From Chrysomallon squamiferum (taxonomy: Eukaryota > Animalia > Mollusca), in assembly GCA_012295275.1 (NCBI GenBank), contig CM022672.1, positions 30,938,001 to 31,002,000 on the forward strand: DNA of 64,000 bases, given 5' to 3'. The first letter of the stretch is position 1, and each line of letters begins with the position of its first letter. Made by a program: the position numbers and the translations under genes. Of this stretch, positions 23,490-37,989 are shown in pieces. The notes beneath the pieces were generated by a model, which was not told the DNA's origin, ran no database searches, and saw only the letters and a program-made list of their open reading frames with translations.

Positions 23490-24205
23490 ATTTAGTACAA
23501 TCTTTAAACTTCCGACCGAAAATAAGCATTTACTACAGCTTATAATAATCTTTAAACTCAAAATCGAAAATAAGCATTCATCAATACTACAACTTATTAT
23601 AATCTTTAAACTCAAAACCGAAAGGCATTAAAGAATACTACTAGATCTACAACTACTACTAATTTTTAAATTCAAAACCGAAAATAATCATTTAACAATA
23701 CAACGGCTAATAACAATAATCTTTAAACTCAAAACTGAAAATGAGCATTTAATACTACTACTAATAATAATCTTTAAATTCAACGCGAAAATAAGCAGTT
23801 AGCAATACTATTACTATTACAATTTAAACTCAAAACGAAAATAAACATTCAACAATATTTCTACTACAAGTTCTAATCTTCAAAATGGAAACAAGCATTT
23901 AACTACTTCTACTACTAATATTATTTAAACTCAAAATGGAAATAAGCATTTAACTACTTCTACTACTAATATTATTTAAACTCAAAATGGAAATAAGCAT
24001 TTAACTACTTCTACTACTAATATTATTTAAACTCAAAATGGAAATAAGCATTTAACTACTTCTACTACTAATATTATTTAAACTCAAAATGGAAATAAGC
24101 ATTTAACTACTTCTACTACTAATATTATTTAAACTCAAAATGGAAATAAGCATTTAACTACTATTACTACTAATAACGCTTGAACTCAAAACCGAAAATA
24201 AGCAC
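23490..24205 (+). repeat. 51-bp minisatellite (about 12 copies, homogeneous at 23880-24170)
   Basis: Unit AATATTATTTAAACTCAAAATGGAAATAAGCATTTAACTACTTCTACTACT; period 51 (23941 to 23992). Confidence 0.92.
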
Positions 24206-24939
24206 TGGAAATCGTAACAACCTCGGGACCAGTGACGTATTAGCTAACTAACTACATGTGAAGAAGACATTTCTCCTGACACTAAATGCTTTTCGTTAGT
24301 TTACAAGTGGTTCTGTGTTAGCTTCCCTCGGAAAGCCATCAATAACTCGAGTACCACTTCATTCTAATATGTAGGTCACAAGGTGCATTCGTTACACACC
24401 AAACCAAACCGAACGCTGTCGGTTTCCATCTTATTTATCTGGCAGACGTGTTCGCTGGCAACCTCGGCGTGAACGTGGAAACGACGTGACGGTTACAGAC
24501 GTTGTTACGGATGATGCTCGGCGTTCGCCGTGGAAATGTTCCTCTCGGGTAACATAAACATTTTTCTCCCCACAATAAACTCTCCTGTCTGAAGTCGCGT
24601 TGCCAGAAGGATCACATTGTTTCCATTTCTTATCTTTGTTTTATATCTTTATCTCTCAAGAGCGCCGTTTTGAAATGGTTTCGAGATTTCGAGACTTCGA
24701 GTTCGCAGTATTACTTATTCTCGGCTTTAGATGTATTGACTCTTTAAAGAGTTTTCAAAGTCAATGAATGTTTTTTTATTTTTATTTTTATTTTTATTTT
24801 TATTTTTATTTTTTTATTGCTGTATTCGTTTGGATTATTGTTATTTGCAAATAATAACAGACATTTAGAAGTTACTGTGAGTTGTTAGACATTCGTTATT
24901 AGATACTTAGATAATGTTCGCGAGTAATTTCTGTTACAA

Positions 24940-25520
24940 AATATTTTAACTATACATATTCAAAGATACATTTATAAATTATTATACTGAAGTTAACTAA
25001 GATCTGTTCATATTCGTTATTATTTCCATCATAGACTGTATTAGCTACACGTATACAAAGTTACATGTATAAATTATTATACTGACGTTAACTATGAGTT
25101 CTTCATAGTCGTTATTATTTCCGTTATTAGCTACACGTATACAAAGTTACATGTATAAATTATTATACTAACGTTAACTATGATTTCTTCATATTCGTTA
25201 TTATTTCCATTATAGAACTGTATTAACTACACGTATACAAAGTTACATGTATAAATTGTTATTCCGGAGTTAACGTACAAACTATTTCAGTAACAGACAA
25301 TTTTAGTTATGCGTGTGTTAAGTTACACATACATTATATTGAAGTTGTATTCGTTTCATGTCAGATAACCTTCGCGAACAGTTTATATTAGAGCCTGTTA
25401 TCGCAACACGTATATTATGCTGCATCTGTATTATACTGAAGATAACTGCTATATCCGTCGTTAATTCATGATTCGCGAAATATTTGTGTTTATAACCGGT
25501 TCTAGCTACGCGTATTCTAC
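24940..25520 (+). repeat. About 86-96 bp tandem repeat
   Basis: CTACACGTATACAAAGTTACATGTATAAATTATTATACT recurs at about 25046, 25131 and 25227, with degenerate flanking copies. Confidence 0.85.
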
Positions 25521-26584
25521 ATATATATTACTATAATTCATTAAATAACCTTAATTCATTAAATAACCTTCACGAACCGCTTTTACGTTACGATTTGTCA
25601 ATGGAGTTATCTTGCCCATGATTTATTTTTCTATAAAAAAGGCCACCAAACACGTGGTGTAATCTGTGAACTGTTACCCTTCTAAACACGGCGGCCGAAT
25701 CAAAGCCAGTGATCTTCTCGTATATCTAAAACATTCTGCTATGGGCGCGACCCGATTTGCGCAGATATTATTATTCTTTTGTGTCGAACGACTGAAATGC
25801 ATACGCAAGCCGTAATGGATTACACTTACAGAAATAGCTGACATTCTTAGCGTTATCTCGCAACTTATCTTCGATTTTTATATATTTAAAGTGTTGATGA
25901 CTACTCGATTTGCTTTTAACTTGTTTTCAAATAGAACATTTTTTTTTTTTTTTTAATCTTTTTTTTTTGATCAGAGGGCGGACGTTGGAACACGTGCAGG
26001 GGATTAAAACAAATAATATAAACAATATTTTATGCACGTTAAAATATATATAAATCTTTTAATCTATTCGTGTCAAATGCAGTACAGATATTTCGTAAAC
26101 TTTGTTATACCCGCCCGTCTGAAGTACAATGTAATCTGTTATCTTCGAGTATTTTTTTTTTTAAAAAAGACCAGCTCGCTGTATTCTATCACCTGATGGT
26201 GTACCCACCCGTTACGCCCTGTTCACCTTCGTTTAGCTCACACAATGGCCGCACAGTGACGTCTGCTCGATTCAGAAAACGTTTGGCTGATATTTAGCGC
26301 GTGATAAACGAATTTTGTTCTTTATTTGTTAATTTTTTAAAATTTCTGTGCGTTCAAATCGACTATGATGATAATAATCGCCGTTAAAAATACCTTTTTT
26401 TTTTTATTCTCCACACACACACACACACACACACACAGTCACATATATATATATATGCAACGACATCAAAATTAATTTGTATAATTTTGTTGTTTTCGTA
26501 ATTATTAATTTACTATTTTAATTATTATTAAAACACCATCTAATTTAATTTGGATTTCTACTTATTATTTGATTTAAAAATTTA

Positions 26585-26645
<61 letters not shown>

Positions 26646-27347
26646 GTTGAATAATGAATTAATGGTTTCCATGGCAGTGTCTTTGTTTTACTTTGTTTTA
26701 ATACAACGTTTACTTTTTAATCTAAACACGCAAAGCAGTTATTAGGTTTCTGTAATTTAGCTGACGTCATTAATATTTGTTACATCAGTTTAAGTAATAG
26801 AAAAGTCATCATTGTATTTAGTGTGTGGTTTAGGGAGGTGTTTGATGTGTTTTTTCAATCCTGAGTAACACAAATGACTGTTTTATTTATCTAGATTAGT
26901 AGATAAATGCGTATTGATTTCATTATCGCTATACAAAATAGTTCTTAAATAACAAACTGTTCTTTTTTCTCCGTCTTTCCTTTTTAAATGATACCGTTTT
27001 CAAAACAGCCTTTTAAGATCTAAACAAGCAATTAAACACCAAACAGCACAAACAAACACAGAAATAAAAACGTAATACATAGAAGTAAATACAGTTCAGT
27101 CCCAAAACGATTTCATTTTGATTACTGACCGAAAATATGGAAATTTATCTAGTTGTTATATCCTTATATTACGTACAGTTATTGCAGGACACATATACAT
27201 AAATACATACATTCATAGATACTTACATAGATGCATACATACATATATATATGTATATATGTATATATGTTTGTGTGTGTGTGCGTGTTACGCGTTACGT
27301 CTGTGTGCGTTTGCGTGTATTTATATATGTGTGTATATATATAGGAG

Positions 27348-27432
<85 letters not shown>

Positions 27433-27910
27433 CCTCCCTCCCTCTATATTCAACTCTCTCTCTATTTGCGATGAAAGCAGTCTATAGTTAACCTGATATT
27501 AAACTGGTTATCAATTCATTTAACAGCGAGGCGATGGTATCCACTCAGGAACACACAAACCTGTGTCTGCAGTTAACTGTTGGATAATCAGGGAACAAAA
27601 TTATCTCTCTCAGAATCGCGGTAAGATTAGTTCGCATAAAACACGCTTCGGTAGAAACGCTGTATCGAGTTTTTGACCCTTAAAACAACCCTGCTGATAA
27701 CCCATCCCACACCAGCCAGAAACACACACAACACTGCTCACTGTCTTGTACATGCACGCCACAGAATTGTTATATTATTGTTGTTGTTGTTTTAACAGAG
27801 TAAGTGCAAAATAAATAAATAAAATAAATAAAAAATAAATAAAATAAATAAATAAATAAATAAATAAATAAAAATAAATAAATAAATAAATAAGCAAATA
27901 AATAAATAAG

Positions 27911-27961
<51 letters not shown>

Positions 27962-28289
27962 AAATAAATAATAAATAAAGAACAGTAAAAAAATTAATAA
28001 AAGAAATGAATAAATAAATGTGTCTGTAGGCGCGCGCACACACACACGCACGCACACACACACACACACATCATCTGGCCAACAGCACCTTAATACGAAG
28101 ACTAATTGAAATGTCAGTATTTAAAGACAACCATAGCCATTTAATTTTGACATATGAAACTAATGTTTTTAATCTTTATAAAAATCTTCTTTTCTTCATT
28201 ATTTTAATTTCTTTTTTTTTTTTTTTCAATTATTTTCATTACTGTTTTTGTTTTTTTAGTTATATAAATGAAACAAACTTCTTTCTTCC

Positions 28290-28780
28290 TTTGTGTTGTG
28301 TTTGTGCGTGTGTCAGTGTGTATTAATGTGTGTGTGTGTGTATGTCGTGTTTATTTATAATGTGTGTGTGTGTGTGTTGTGTAAGTATATGTCTGCGAAT
28401 GTGTATGTGTCTTTGTGCATATGTGTATGTGTTTATTTGTGTATGTATATGTTGTGTAAGTTTATGTATATGTGTTTGTGTGTATGTATGTTGTGTACCT
28501 TTATGTGTGTGTCTATCTTGTGTAAGTCAGTGTATGTGTATCTTGTGCGTACTTTAACTGTGTATATTTGTTTGTGTTTATATATGTTGTGTACGTTTAT
28601 ATTTGTGTTTATATATGTTGTGTATATATGTGTTTGTGTTTATACATGTTGTGTACGTGTATATGTGTTTGTGTAGTGTCAAAGTGTTTGTTTACGAGTG
28701 TGTATGTATGTATATGTTGTATAACTTTATGTGTAAGTGTATGTGTGCGTGGGTATGTTGTATGTGTTGTGTGTGTGTGT
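28290..28780 (+). repeat. Cryptic (TG)n/(TGTA)n low-complexity tract
   Basis: Degenerate TGTGTTTGTGTTTATATATGTTGTGTA-like units. Confidence 0.85.
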
Positions 28781-29285
28781 ATCATTTTCATTCATTTTTT
28801 TTTCTTCTTCTTCTTTCTTTTTTAACACAAACACTCCTTGTAGGAGGTCGTCAGCTTTCGAAACGGATACGTCGGTGTGTTTTACACCAAAAACAAACCG
28901 AGTTTGATTTGTGGGGGAACCATTGTCGGTGATCACCGGTGTGACGGTGGGGGGTGGAAGTGTCCCGGGATTAACTCCAGTTTGTTCATCTCGACCAGTT
29001 GGCCGAAGTACGGACAAAGGAAGAGATTCTCGAGAGCCGTGATTTGAAACGCGTGTCAGACGTCAGTAAACTCACGTACAATAATGACACCCTTCTTCAG
29101 TGTTCTCGCTACTCGCTGGGTAACTGTGCGGCAAATTTTTACACACAGGAATAAGGGGAAAGAAAAAAATTAAAAATCAGGTGTTTTTTTGTTGTTTTTT
29201 TCTTCTGCTTTTTGGGGGTTTTATTATAGTTATAAGGATATTTGTGAATGTTCTGTTTATTACCAGATGAAATTTAAGCTGCGTT

Positions 29286-29324
<39 letters not shown>

Positions 29325-31056
29325 TGTTGTTCCTTGTTTGAATGTGAAATCATGAGAAGAAAAGAAAAGAACAGCTCGCCTCCATAATGGGACCAATTAT
29401 TATTTTAGTACGTTTTAAACTGTGTCGTAAATGTTAGGGAGGAACAGGAAAGAAAAAATTAAAATTCAATCCCTTTTTTAACTAGAATTTCTTCTTGTTT
29501 TGGGGTTTTAAACATATTTCTTAATAACGGTTTTGAAAAATAATTCTTAGTATTTTTTATTTATTTATTATTATTATTTTTTTTTTCAATAGGTGATGTT
29601 TTAGCCCGATATTTCGTGAATGAAATATACGACATTTCTTTTTTTAATGAAAAGTGAACTAAATGGCGCATATATTTGGTGGAACAAATCTATGGACAAG
29701 TACCTCAACACTGTATTTTGATTTTACTTTTTAAAAAACCGCTCTGAAACTTTTCTTCTAAGCCAGTATTTTCATTACTGCAAGATAAATTTTTAAAAAT
29801 CCTCACTGGTTTTGAATGCTTATTCATCGAAACACTCCTCCATAACCAGACTGCTGGTGGTCATACTCTTCAATAGTTTACAATAAATCCAATAAATTAA
29901 CAGTTTATATTAAAATGATTCTGAATACAAGTCTCGTAGACTGTATATTACCTACACGTTTGTGAGATATTTATTTATTTTTTTTTTTTTTATTTATTTT
30001 TTTTATTATTTATTTTTTTTTTTTAATTTTTTTTCGAATCTGATGATAATACGAAAAACACCTGATACAAATCATCACGTTGAGAATTTATCGTTCTTGC
30101 CAAAGATAAGCTCGGATTAGACGGCTTAACTTCGCTAAACAGAAGCGAAAGCAATTAGAGCTCTACAATGGATTCTGCCAGACAGTTAAGTTTATTTACC
30201 ATGAGAGAAAAAAAAAAAAAAAAAAAATCCCGCAGCCTGTTAATGTTTTCACCATCACGAACGTTGGTATGAAGTGTACAATGACGTTAACGACGATTCA
30301 CACGACGTCCCGAACTGTGTACTCTGTCCCCGACACAGTCTTAATTAAAACATAAATATTTAAGAATTTATTAATTTGTTTACCGTCGGTAGACAAAGCG
30401 ATACCATAGCACTTTTGAACAAAAAAAAAATAAAATAAAAAATAAAAAGAATTCGTCTTTCTCTCATATTGTTATTTCAGTGAGATGTGTCAACTAAAAA
30501 AAAAAAAAGATTTAAAATAATTTCCAGAAGGAATCCCGCGTCGTTGTAAAGTTTAACAACAACTTCAAAATCGTGACAGGAATTAATGAACTTCAGTTAT
30601 TCCGAACATGTTCAACGAGCAAAGATTTAAATTATAACAAAGGGCGAAAAAAAAAAAATGTCAGGTTTTCACACTGTTTTTCATTTAGAATTCAGATTTA
30701 TATTCAAAACAGTAGCAGAGTGTTATTTGAATAAATACAGTTGCTTTGAAGTAAGTAAATTATACTTTTACTGCTGCAAAAGCAAAATATAAACTTTGTC
30801 ATTTTATATTTCCTGTTATTCAGAAATTATGAAATTTTCTGTATAATGTGTAGGTTTTTTTTTTTTTTTTTTTTATGCTTTTAAATGCTTATAAATGTAT
30901 GAATATATTTTCATGGTCCTTATAAGTATTATATATTTATTTTTTGTTTATTATTTTATTTTGTTTTGTTTATTTATGAAATTATGTTGTTATTTTTTTC
31001 CTATTAAATTTCTTTAATAACAATCCAGCTAATAGATAGTTCAGTGTAGCTTAGGA

Positions 31057-31115
<59 letters not shown>

Positions 31116-31847
31116 TAAATAAATAAAAATAGTTATATAGGAAATTAAAAAAAATAATTAATTTAAAGTAAAAAATTAACTTCTATTTCAGTTTAGATGG
31201 GTCATTCTTACTTCGATGAGTTTCTAAATATTACGAAATTAAAGCCCTAACGAAAACGTCAAATACGAGGCTAGAATACATCGTATTAGTCATTTTAGAA
31301 ATAACGAATCATATTCGTACATAGTTAAAAGGTAGGAAATGAAAATTAGGTGTCCTTAGATATGTTACCTCAAAACTGATTGGTTAGCCAATCAGAATTG
31401 TGTTGCTCACCACGTCATATTAGAACATACGATCTCTTACATCTAACGCAGTTTGGTTACAAAGGCCACAGTTAAAAATCCATTATCAGAGTAACTTTAC
31501 CACCTAAACCTAGAATGTCCACATTTAACCTTTTAACATAATGACCATGAAAAATACGAAATTTCGTCCAACCAGCTTGAAGTTCCTGAAACGATTACCT
31601 ATCTGCAGCAGGATTCGAGAAATTGCCCTAAAAACAAGTATATAAAAATGTATAATTAATCTTAATGGGGAAATCTATTCATTATTAAGAAATTGGGAAA
31701 GCTATTTTAGTATCGATTTCAAAGTGAAAGTTTTTTAACCATGGGTAGTTAGTTTTAAACACACACACAAATAAACAAATATTTCATGTCATATTTATCC
31801 TTCTTCGAACTCTGGCCATTTCAACCATCCTGAAAAGTACAGTTTAT

Positions 31848-31878
<31 letters not shown>

Positions 31879-33070
31879 AAGAAAAAGTCTGATCGAAATA
31901 TAAAACAGAAACATAAACATATATATATATATATATATATAACAATAATAAAAATAAAAAATAATAAAAAAATAACTCCTCAATTTGTATTTATTTTAAT
32001 TTATTTATGTTTTTTTTTATATTCCCAAATTACTCCTCATCCGATGAATTTTGTATTTTTATTTTATTTTATTCATTCATTCATTCATTCATTCATTCAT
32101 TCATTCTTGATATTAAAATAACTAAATAAAGATAAATTTCTCGTAAGACATAGTTTTCATTATCGCTTACATTAAACAAACAGGAAACAAGCTGTTTTAT
32201 TACTGCATCAAAATCTGTTATGAAACTAACGAAGCTTGAGCTTCATGGTTCTTTAACATAGGAAGTGCCGCAGAAGCGACTGTACTCCATATTGCTTCAT
32301 AATTTTAATTCCAAATCTGAATTTAAAAAAAATGGAAGTCGTCTGTTTAAAAAGATAACCGCAGTTACCCAGACTACGTTTCAGGGCCTTGAAAATTTAG
32401 ATCAGCCGGTGATCAAGATATTAATAATTAGTCGAAAACAAAATTAAATAAAAGTTAAAAATACTCCATCCTGAGTTAATTACATTGCTTTGAATTTGCA
32501 GATTTATTTATTCTCATTAAAATAGTAATAATAATAATATCAACAACAACAACAACAATAATTTAAGATAATAATAATAATAATAACCATACTACTACTT
32601 ACTGCTACTCCTAATAAATAAATTATTTAATTAATGAAAAGAAATATAAATACACGCTCACGAAATCGTTCTATTCAAACTGAAAGCACAGTTATTAAAA
32701 TAATCAGTTCACTTCACAGTTTTTCATTTAAACAACAATTAATTATAAAATAAATTAAAATCTTCTTCTTCTTGTTCGTCCTCGTTTCGTCAGAGAAGGG
32801 AACTCAACAACATTATGGCGGCAAACCCAGACTGACGCAGACGGCGGATATTTGATCTTACGTCAGTTTCCAAACTGTAACTGGCTGACGTCTGCCGAAT
32901 ATTTACAGTTTTAGTCTAAAACTGTAACAAATTTTTTATTACCTTCAACAATTTCATTGGTGTTGTTATTCCCTAAAAATCTCAGTGGTTTTTTTTTTTT
33001 TTTTTTTTCTCATAAATAATCGTAAGAAGATTTCAAACGATTCGCCACCAAACTGCGATGTCGCTCAGGC

Positions 33071-33083
33071 AGGTCAGAGGTCA
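33071..33083 (+). promoter_or_regulatory. Perfect DR1 nuclear-receptor element AGGTCA-G-AGGTCA
   Basis: Exact consensus half-sites with a 1-nt spacer; function not demonstrated. Confidence 0.4.
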
Positions 33084-33309
33084 CATGTCGCTGTTTATTT
33101 TAAGCTTTAGACGGGTTTGTTTGGAATGCAGTGACATTTATTAGTTTTGTGTGCAGTTGAAATGAAATTCAACCATCTTGGTGAAAAGATGATCATGTCA
33201 CGGTGTACTGAAATATCAGGTTTAATTTATTTGACAAAACAGCAGCAAACACGGCAATGGTAACAACACCAATAACAACAACTACAGCAACAATAATAAA
33301 AAATAATAA

Positions 33310-33370
<61 letters not shown>

Positions 33371-34267
33371 TAAACTCTGCCATAAAATTCTTTAGGTTTT
33401 TTTATTACTGTTTTATCAGTTAATGCAGTTACTTAATTCAAATAATTTATTATAATAAATAAAACCAATCAGCATAACATTATAAATGTTACATTCTGGA
33501 GTTTATTGTAAGTTTTATTTATTTACTTATTTACTTTCTTACTTACTTATTTACTAACTTATTTATTTAATTTTTGATGGGATATATAGATGAGTTGAGA
33601 AATAAAACAGTTAATTTCATTTAGTTTCTTCATTAATATTTATTTCCTGGATAATAATAACGACAGTGTCCATGTAGTTTATAAACTTACTTCAAGAATT
33701 TTATGAAAAATTTCAGTTTTTGTTAAATCTAATGAGAGAAAAAAAAAATTATACTAAAAAAAAAAAAATTAATAAAAAAAAAAAAAAAAAAAAATTCTTC
33801 ACCGTAAAATCTAGCTACGTGATAGCCAGAAAGTCTACTCTTAATTAAAATGATTTCTAAATTGGCAGAAACCGTCGCGCGTGCTTTGCACGAGCTCTAT
33901 GACGTTAACTTTTTTGGTTCTGTTAGATTAGATAATTTTATCAAAATTTAAAATGTCCATGGCTGCCATAATCACATTTAATGGACATTTATTTCCCCCT
34001 AATTACATAATATATAATTCCTGAAAGTTTAATGAAGATATCTGTATCGTCTGTTAGTCATTGGTTGCTATGGTATTCTGTTGCAGACTGCTCCCTAAAT
34101 TTTTGAGGTCTTTTTCTCAATATGGCTTCTTGCGATGAGTCGATGACCTCGATACAATGGCAGTTGTTATAACTTTGCAACTTTTCAAAATAATAAACAA
34201 GATCTATGCATCACTGGAAAGAATATTGCATTTAGAATGAGTGTGGTATGTGTGTGTATATGTGTGT

Positions 34268-34315
<48 letters not shown>

Positions 34316-35164
34316 CGCGCGCCAAATATATTCATCTCTCAAATTCGAAATTTTGACTCGTGGATTTGTTTTCGCCTCTTAAAATTAATTTAATTTTTAA
34401 ATAACGTTTTAATCATGGCAGAAATTAGATAAACTGTCTCTTAATTCCACATATATGTATATTATTTATAAAATAAACCTTATAATACATGCATATATTT
34501 ATATGTGTGTGTGTGTGGTTTATACATATATAAATTTATATAATTTTGCGTTTTAAATAATGAAAAGAGCAACAATATCCTTAAAAAGAAGTGCAGAACT
34601 ATAATCATCAGTTATAGATGATTGATAAGGTATTTCGCCTTTGTTTGTTAAAACACATAAAAAGAACTTCCGGGTTCAGAAAGAAATTACCAATAAAACT
34701 GTCACTAATTAATTCATCAAATTACGTCATTATTATTTCGTCTGATGCTAAACGTGACGTCTGGATTTCATTAATTACCCAGATATTATTAGCTAAGCAG
34801 ACGCTGTACATGCAACGACAGTAATGACTTTATTATAATAACCTACATAGGATTACAGTACAGAGAAGAATGTGTTACAGATATATAATAACAAAATTAA
34901 AATTAAAATTACTTTGGTGTATGCACTTAATAAACAATTTTTGAAATATTAACTCCTTAAGCGAGTATATAAAAGTGACTTTATCAGATTTTGATGGGAT
35001 TTCTTTTAATAGTTTAATTATCACTTTTAAAACTAATATTCAAATTTTATATATATATATCAGTGAATATTACTTTTAAAATTAATAATTTTTTATGCTA
35101 GTATATTATCCTTTTAGTTTATTACTGTCTCGCTTGTTTGTGTTTCTCTCTCTCTCTCTCTGTC

Positions 35165-35199
<35 letters not shown>

Positions 35200-35660
35200 G
35201 GATGTGTTCAAATTTATTATTTTAAGGTGGTATCCAAAGTATTCGGTAAATATTAATACGTATTATTATTGCCGTCTGGTACTTTTCATCCGCAAATTTT
35301 ACGAGAGAGATGCCGATGGAAAAACAGACGAGCACAAAAACTTGCGCACGGCAGAATAACGCGCTGGAACGTAACTGCTAGTTTTCTTTTGTCGCCATGT
35401 CAAGTCTTGATTTCCACGTTACACGCATTCCCGCGTTTATGTCATGGATTCCCACAAAAGCCTGCAGCCTGTTGTCTGCACACCAGCCAGTCCGAGGCTA
35501 ATGCTGCATGTCCGGTTCAGATCGCCTCAGTTTAAGATGACAGCCAGAACGAGGGAAAAACTTACATACGTGATTTAAGAAGTACTGACAATAGAACCAG
35601 AATTGTTTTATCTTTGTTATTGTGTTGATTGCTAGCATTATTTACAAACAGGATACAACT

Positions 35661-35708
<48 letters not shown>

Positions 35709-36920
35709 TGTGTGTATATGTGTGTGTGTGTGAGTGTGTGTTATTGCGTGTTTATGTTACATTAAAAATAGCATTTCTCTTGCGAAACAGTAGACTGAAG
35801 AAACGTCGACTCAAGCAATAATCACGAAATTTATTTTAAAAATAATACAGAAAAAGAAAAGAAAAACAGACAGAAAAAAAAAGTAACGGTAGAAAATAAA
35901 AATAACGGAACGAAGAAGAAAAAGAGAAAGAAAATTGAAAAGATGTATCGACTGTTTAACCTGCTAAATCATTTTAATTCCCAGACGGTTTTTTTCTCTC
36001 TCTCTCTCTTCTTCTTCTTTAAACGAAAGCGAACATATGCCGCATTATATCAGCGATCAGATCCGGTGTTAGTTTTTGTTCTGTCGACTAAGACAGATTG
36101 CTTAATCCAAAATCATATTGACCGGATCAAGAATTGCTTCAATTGTGTGCCACTGTTGACTTGCCTTTGTCGCTGGCGGTAGACTGAGATCGTTTGCTTT
36201 ATTAGCTTTCAGAACGCGCGACTTTCCTGGGTTTTCACTGCGTCGACAAATGACGTTTTATTTGGCGTTCGTGACGTGGCAGCCCTCCAAAAGATTTGTT
36301 CAGTTATGGCAATTCGAGAATGAATTCCTCTGCTCCAAAAGACTTTAATTCCTCTCCGATATCAGTTCACTGGCATGAATAGATTCATTTTTTTATCCAA
36401 GTAATGAAAGGTCAGTGTCACGGGTTCCAATACCAAACACATTTACCGTTTTGAAACTTTCCCTAATTTTTCTCCATTGTCCGTCGCTTGTATTTGATAC
36501 TGATTCAAATTGATACAACATGCACGCACCCACACAGATACACACACATACACTGACAAACACAAATGCGGGCACTCATACACACACACATATAACAAAC
36601 TTACGAACACACAGATATGCATACAACACATACACATAAAATAGATTCATGCACATAAAACACATTCACTTAGACAAACCTGTAGGCCACAGATCGCACA
36701 GACAGACTCATGCACGTTACAGTGTAAATCTCTAGGTTCACTGACCGATATATAAATTATAAAGAAGAAGAGAAAAAAAAAGAAAGATGTCCAGTTGTAA
36801 ATGAGAATATTGACAAGATCAGTTAATTAACTTTCTGAACTTTCTCACGTTTAACGCGAACTGCAAACGCGAATTTGGTAATTATTAAAAAAAAGTTTCG
36901 AAAACTTGAAATCACACGCA

Positions 36921-36955
<35 letters not shown>

Positions 36956-37989
36956 ATTCACGCAGACAAACATACACACATATTTTATTTCCTTATTTCC
37001 TATATATAAAAGAAGGAAATAAAGATTAAAATTTTACATATATCTGTATATACACGCACACGTACGCAAAACACATTTTACTTTTATTTTCTTATTTAAT
37101 AGATATAAAAGAAGGAAATAAAACTAAAATTTTATATAAATAAAAATACACACACACAACCACACACACTAACACACACACTAACGCACACAGCTACCTA
37201 ACATCTTGATTCAGTAATCACATAAAACACAAGACTGCTGCTACCAGTTCACGAAAAAAAAAAAAAAAAATACGAACGACATTTGCGTCCACTAATTAGC
37301 GAGTCTTTATTGACTTTGCTTGTTTGTTTAGCGGCTGTCTTAATAAAGTAAGTCGCAGATTCGTCTCTCGTTCGCTGATGTACATTAATCAACACCTCTG
37401 CGCTTGCGTTCATACAGCGCCACCTTCTATCACTCGCCGCCTTCGGCTAACCCAGAACGAGTCCGAGTTGACATTACGTTCCGAAGCAGACGTCTCGCTA
37501 TAACTTTGCGCGCTCCGCGGCTTATATTTCATCCACGATTTATGTCCATTCGGAGCAATAACACAACGCCTCGAGAACTTTCCACAACACCTTTGCGAGT
37601 TTCTGGTCATAGTCCTTAATATCGGTGTGTTTATCATCATCAATTATGTATGATTCCTGTAAAATTAATTGTTTCAAATTACGACTCTCGCTGTCTCTGT
37701 GTGTGACATATTTGTCTAGATTTCTCCGTGCACATTTAAGAAAACACTTTTTTTATTTTCTGTTTAGATGTTGTGACATCGTCGTATGTTTCCGTAGACG
37801 TAAAGTCGATTATTTTGGAATTTGTTTTAAAGAACTATTTCAACATCCAGAAAACAAGGTACAGGGAACCATTAGCTCAAAAAATATATTTATTTAAATA
37901 AAAATTCTGTAATGATTAAATTAAAAGCACGAAATAGTCATCAAATTCTGAATCTATTTTATTCGGAGAAAAAGATGATTTTTTTTTTT

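Noticed and set aside
37415-37432. CTCF-like AGGTGGCGCTG on the minus strand
   Set aside because: Only the 3' half of the motif matches; too weak to call.
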